This document shows, piece by piece, positions 62,271-64,000 of a DNA stretch of 64,000 bases. A program made the translations under genes and the position numbers. Source of the DNA: Mobula hypostoma. Taxonomy: Eukaryota. Under the pieces are notes generated by a model. That model was given only the letters and a program-made list of their open reading frames with translations, had not been told where the DNA came from and made no database searches. Positions within the stretch are counted from its first letter, which is position 1, and every line of letters begins with the position of its first letter. The stretch covers positions 72,046,001 to 72,110,000 of the forward strand of contig NC_086097.1 of assembly GCF_963921235.1 (NCBI RefSeq), in the 5' to 3' direction.

Positions 62271-62610
62271 ATGACTGTGAGAACAGCTGAGAGGATCATA
62301 GGGGACATCGGGGACATTTATCAGGAGCGCTGCATATGCAAGGCCCGTAGTATTACTAAGGATCCCACCCATCCACCCATCTATCCAGCATCCTCCTTGA
62401 CTTTCTACCATCAGGCAGGAGACTACAATGCATAAAATCAAGAACGGTCAGGATGAGAAACAGTTTCTTCTCCCAGGCTATTAGGCTTCAGGACTCCCAG
62501 CCACATCATATTCAAAGTGTCACTGGCTAATCTATTACGTACCTTACAATATTTAATATTAATGCATTTCAGTTTGTTATTTATATGTGATTCATCTGTA
62601 GATTCAATCC
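62271..62610 (+). mobile_element. Rex1/Babar-like LINE 3' fragment
   Basis: VRTAERIIG...KARSITKDPTHP and a RMRNSFF-like segment. Confidence 0.75.
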
Positions 62611-62627
62611 TTCCCTTCATAAATTAT

Positions 62628-64000
62628 CATGTGTTTCGCCATGTATTCAACCTGAGCCTGAGGCTCCGGAGGGTTCCTGTGCTGTGGAAGACGTCCTGCC
62701 TCGTCCCTGTGCCGAAGACGCCGCACCCCAGCGGCCTCAATGACTACAGACCGGTGGCATTGACCTCCCACATCATGAAGACCCTGGAGAGACTTGTTCT
62801 GGAGTTGCTCCGGCCTGTAGTCAGGCCACACTTAGATCCCCTCCAGTTCGCCTACCAGCCCCGACTAGGAGTTGAGGATGCCATCGTCTACCTGCTGAAC
62901 CATGTCTACGCCCACATAGACAAGCCAGCGAGCACTGTGAGGGTCATGTTTTTTGACTTCTCTAGTGCGTTCAACACCATCCGCCCTGCTCTGCTGGGGG
63001 AGAAGCTGACAGCGATGCAGGTGGATGCTTTCCTGGTGTCATGGATTCTTGATTACCTGACCAGCAGACCACAGTACATGTGCTTGTAACACTGTGTGTC
63101 CGACAGAGTGATCAGCAGCACTGGGGCTCCACAGGGGACTGTCTTGTCTCCCTTTATCTTCACCATTTACACCTTGAACTTCAACTACTGCACAGAGTCT
63201 TGTCATCTTCAGAAGTTTTCTGATGACTGCCATAGTTGGATGCATCAGCAAGGGAGATGAGGCTGAGTACAGGGCTGCGGTAGGAAACTTTGTCACATGG
63301 TGTGAGCAGAATTATCTGCAGCTTAATGTGAAAAAGACTAAGGAGCTGGTGGTAGACCTGAGGAGAGTTAAGGTACCGGTGACCCCTGTTTCCATCCAGG
63401 GGGTCAGTGTGGACATGGTGAAGGATTACAAATACCTGGGGATACGAATTGACAATAAACTGGACTGGTCAAAGAACACTGAGGCTGCCTACAAGAAGGG
63501 TCAGAGCCGTCTCAATTTCCTGAGGAGACTGAGGTCCTTTAACATCTGCCGGACAATGCTGAGGATGTTCTACGAGTCTGTGGTGGCCAGTGCTATCATG
63601 TTTGCTGTTGTGTGCTGGGGCAGCAGGCTGAGGGTAGCAGACACCAACAGAATCAACAAACTCATTCGTAAGGCCAGTGATGTTGTGGGGATGGAACAGG
63701 ACTCTCTGACGGTGGTGTCTGAAAAGAGGATGCTGTCCAAGTTGCATGCCATCTTGGTCAATGTCTCCCATCCACTACATAATGTACTGGGTGGGCACAG
63801 GAGTACATTCAGCCAGAGACTCATTCCACCGAGATGCAACACAGATCATCATAGGAAGTCATTCCTGCCTATGGCCATCAAACCTTACAACTCCTCTCTT
63901 GGAGGGTTGGACACCCTGAGCCAATAGGCTGGTCCTGGACTTATTTCCTGGCATAATTTACATATTGCTATTTAATTATTTATAGTTTTATTCCTATTTA
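62628..64000 (+). mobile_element. Rex1/Babar-like LINE, 5'-truncated, young (RT)
   Basis: [44 protein letters not shown] and YKYLG. Only one stop (63089) and one frameshift (about 63225) are visible. Confidence 0.93.

Noticed and set aside
1..64000. Host protein-coding genes, operons or prokaryotic systems among the listed ORFs
   Set aside because: Nearly all ORFs are TE fragments, their antisense shadows or short chance frames. I recognised no host protein or convincing exon, though small exons cannot be excluded by eye.

Overview
This is not a prokaryotic window. It is repeat-dense eukaryotic intronic or intergenic DNA, most likely from a cartilaginous fish (ray, skate or shark; inferred from the repeat families). 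I could not support any host protein-coding exon, rRNA, tRNA or CRISPR array. Most of the window is nested, decayed transposable elements: many CR1-type LINEs (ORF1 zinc finger and SGNH esterase, ORF2 APE-RT), Rex1/Babar-like LINEs, tRNA-derived and Deu-domain SINEs, a Vingi-like LINE fragment, and a Tc1-derived element split over 12 kb by later insertions. Five elements stand out. (1) A ~1.2 kb minus-strand LTR element (57568-58777) with a tRNA-Lys1,2-type PBS and an ORF that resembles the foamy-virus Gag N-terminal domain by eye. (2) A full-span Ty1/copia provirus (42204-47065) with both LTRs, a tRNA-iMet PBS, a PPT and a near-perfect 5-bp TSD, probably GalEa clade. (3) A young, nearly intact Neptune-type Penelope-like element (50106-53533). 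(4) Penelope terminal-repeat copies that carry minimal hammerhead ribozyme motifs. (5) An unannotated ~1.1 kb element with long inverted repeats (36455-37530). All family assignments come from motif recognition, not from database searches, and most element boundaries are approximate.
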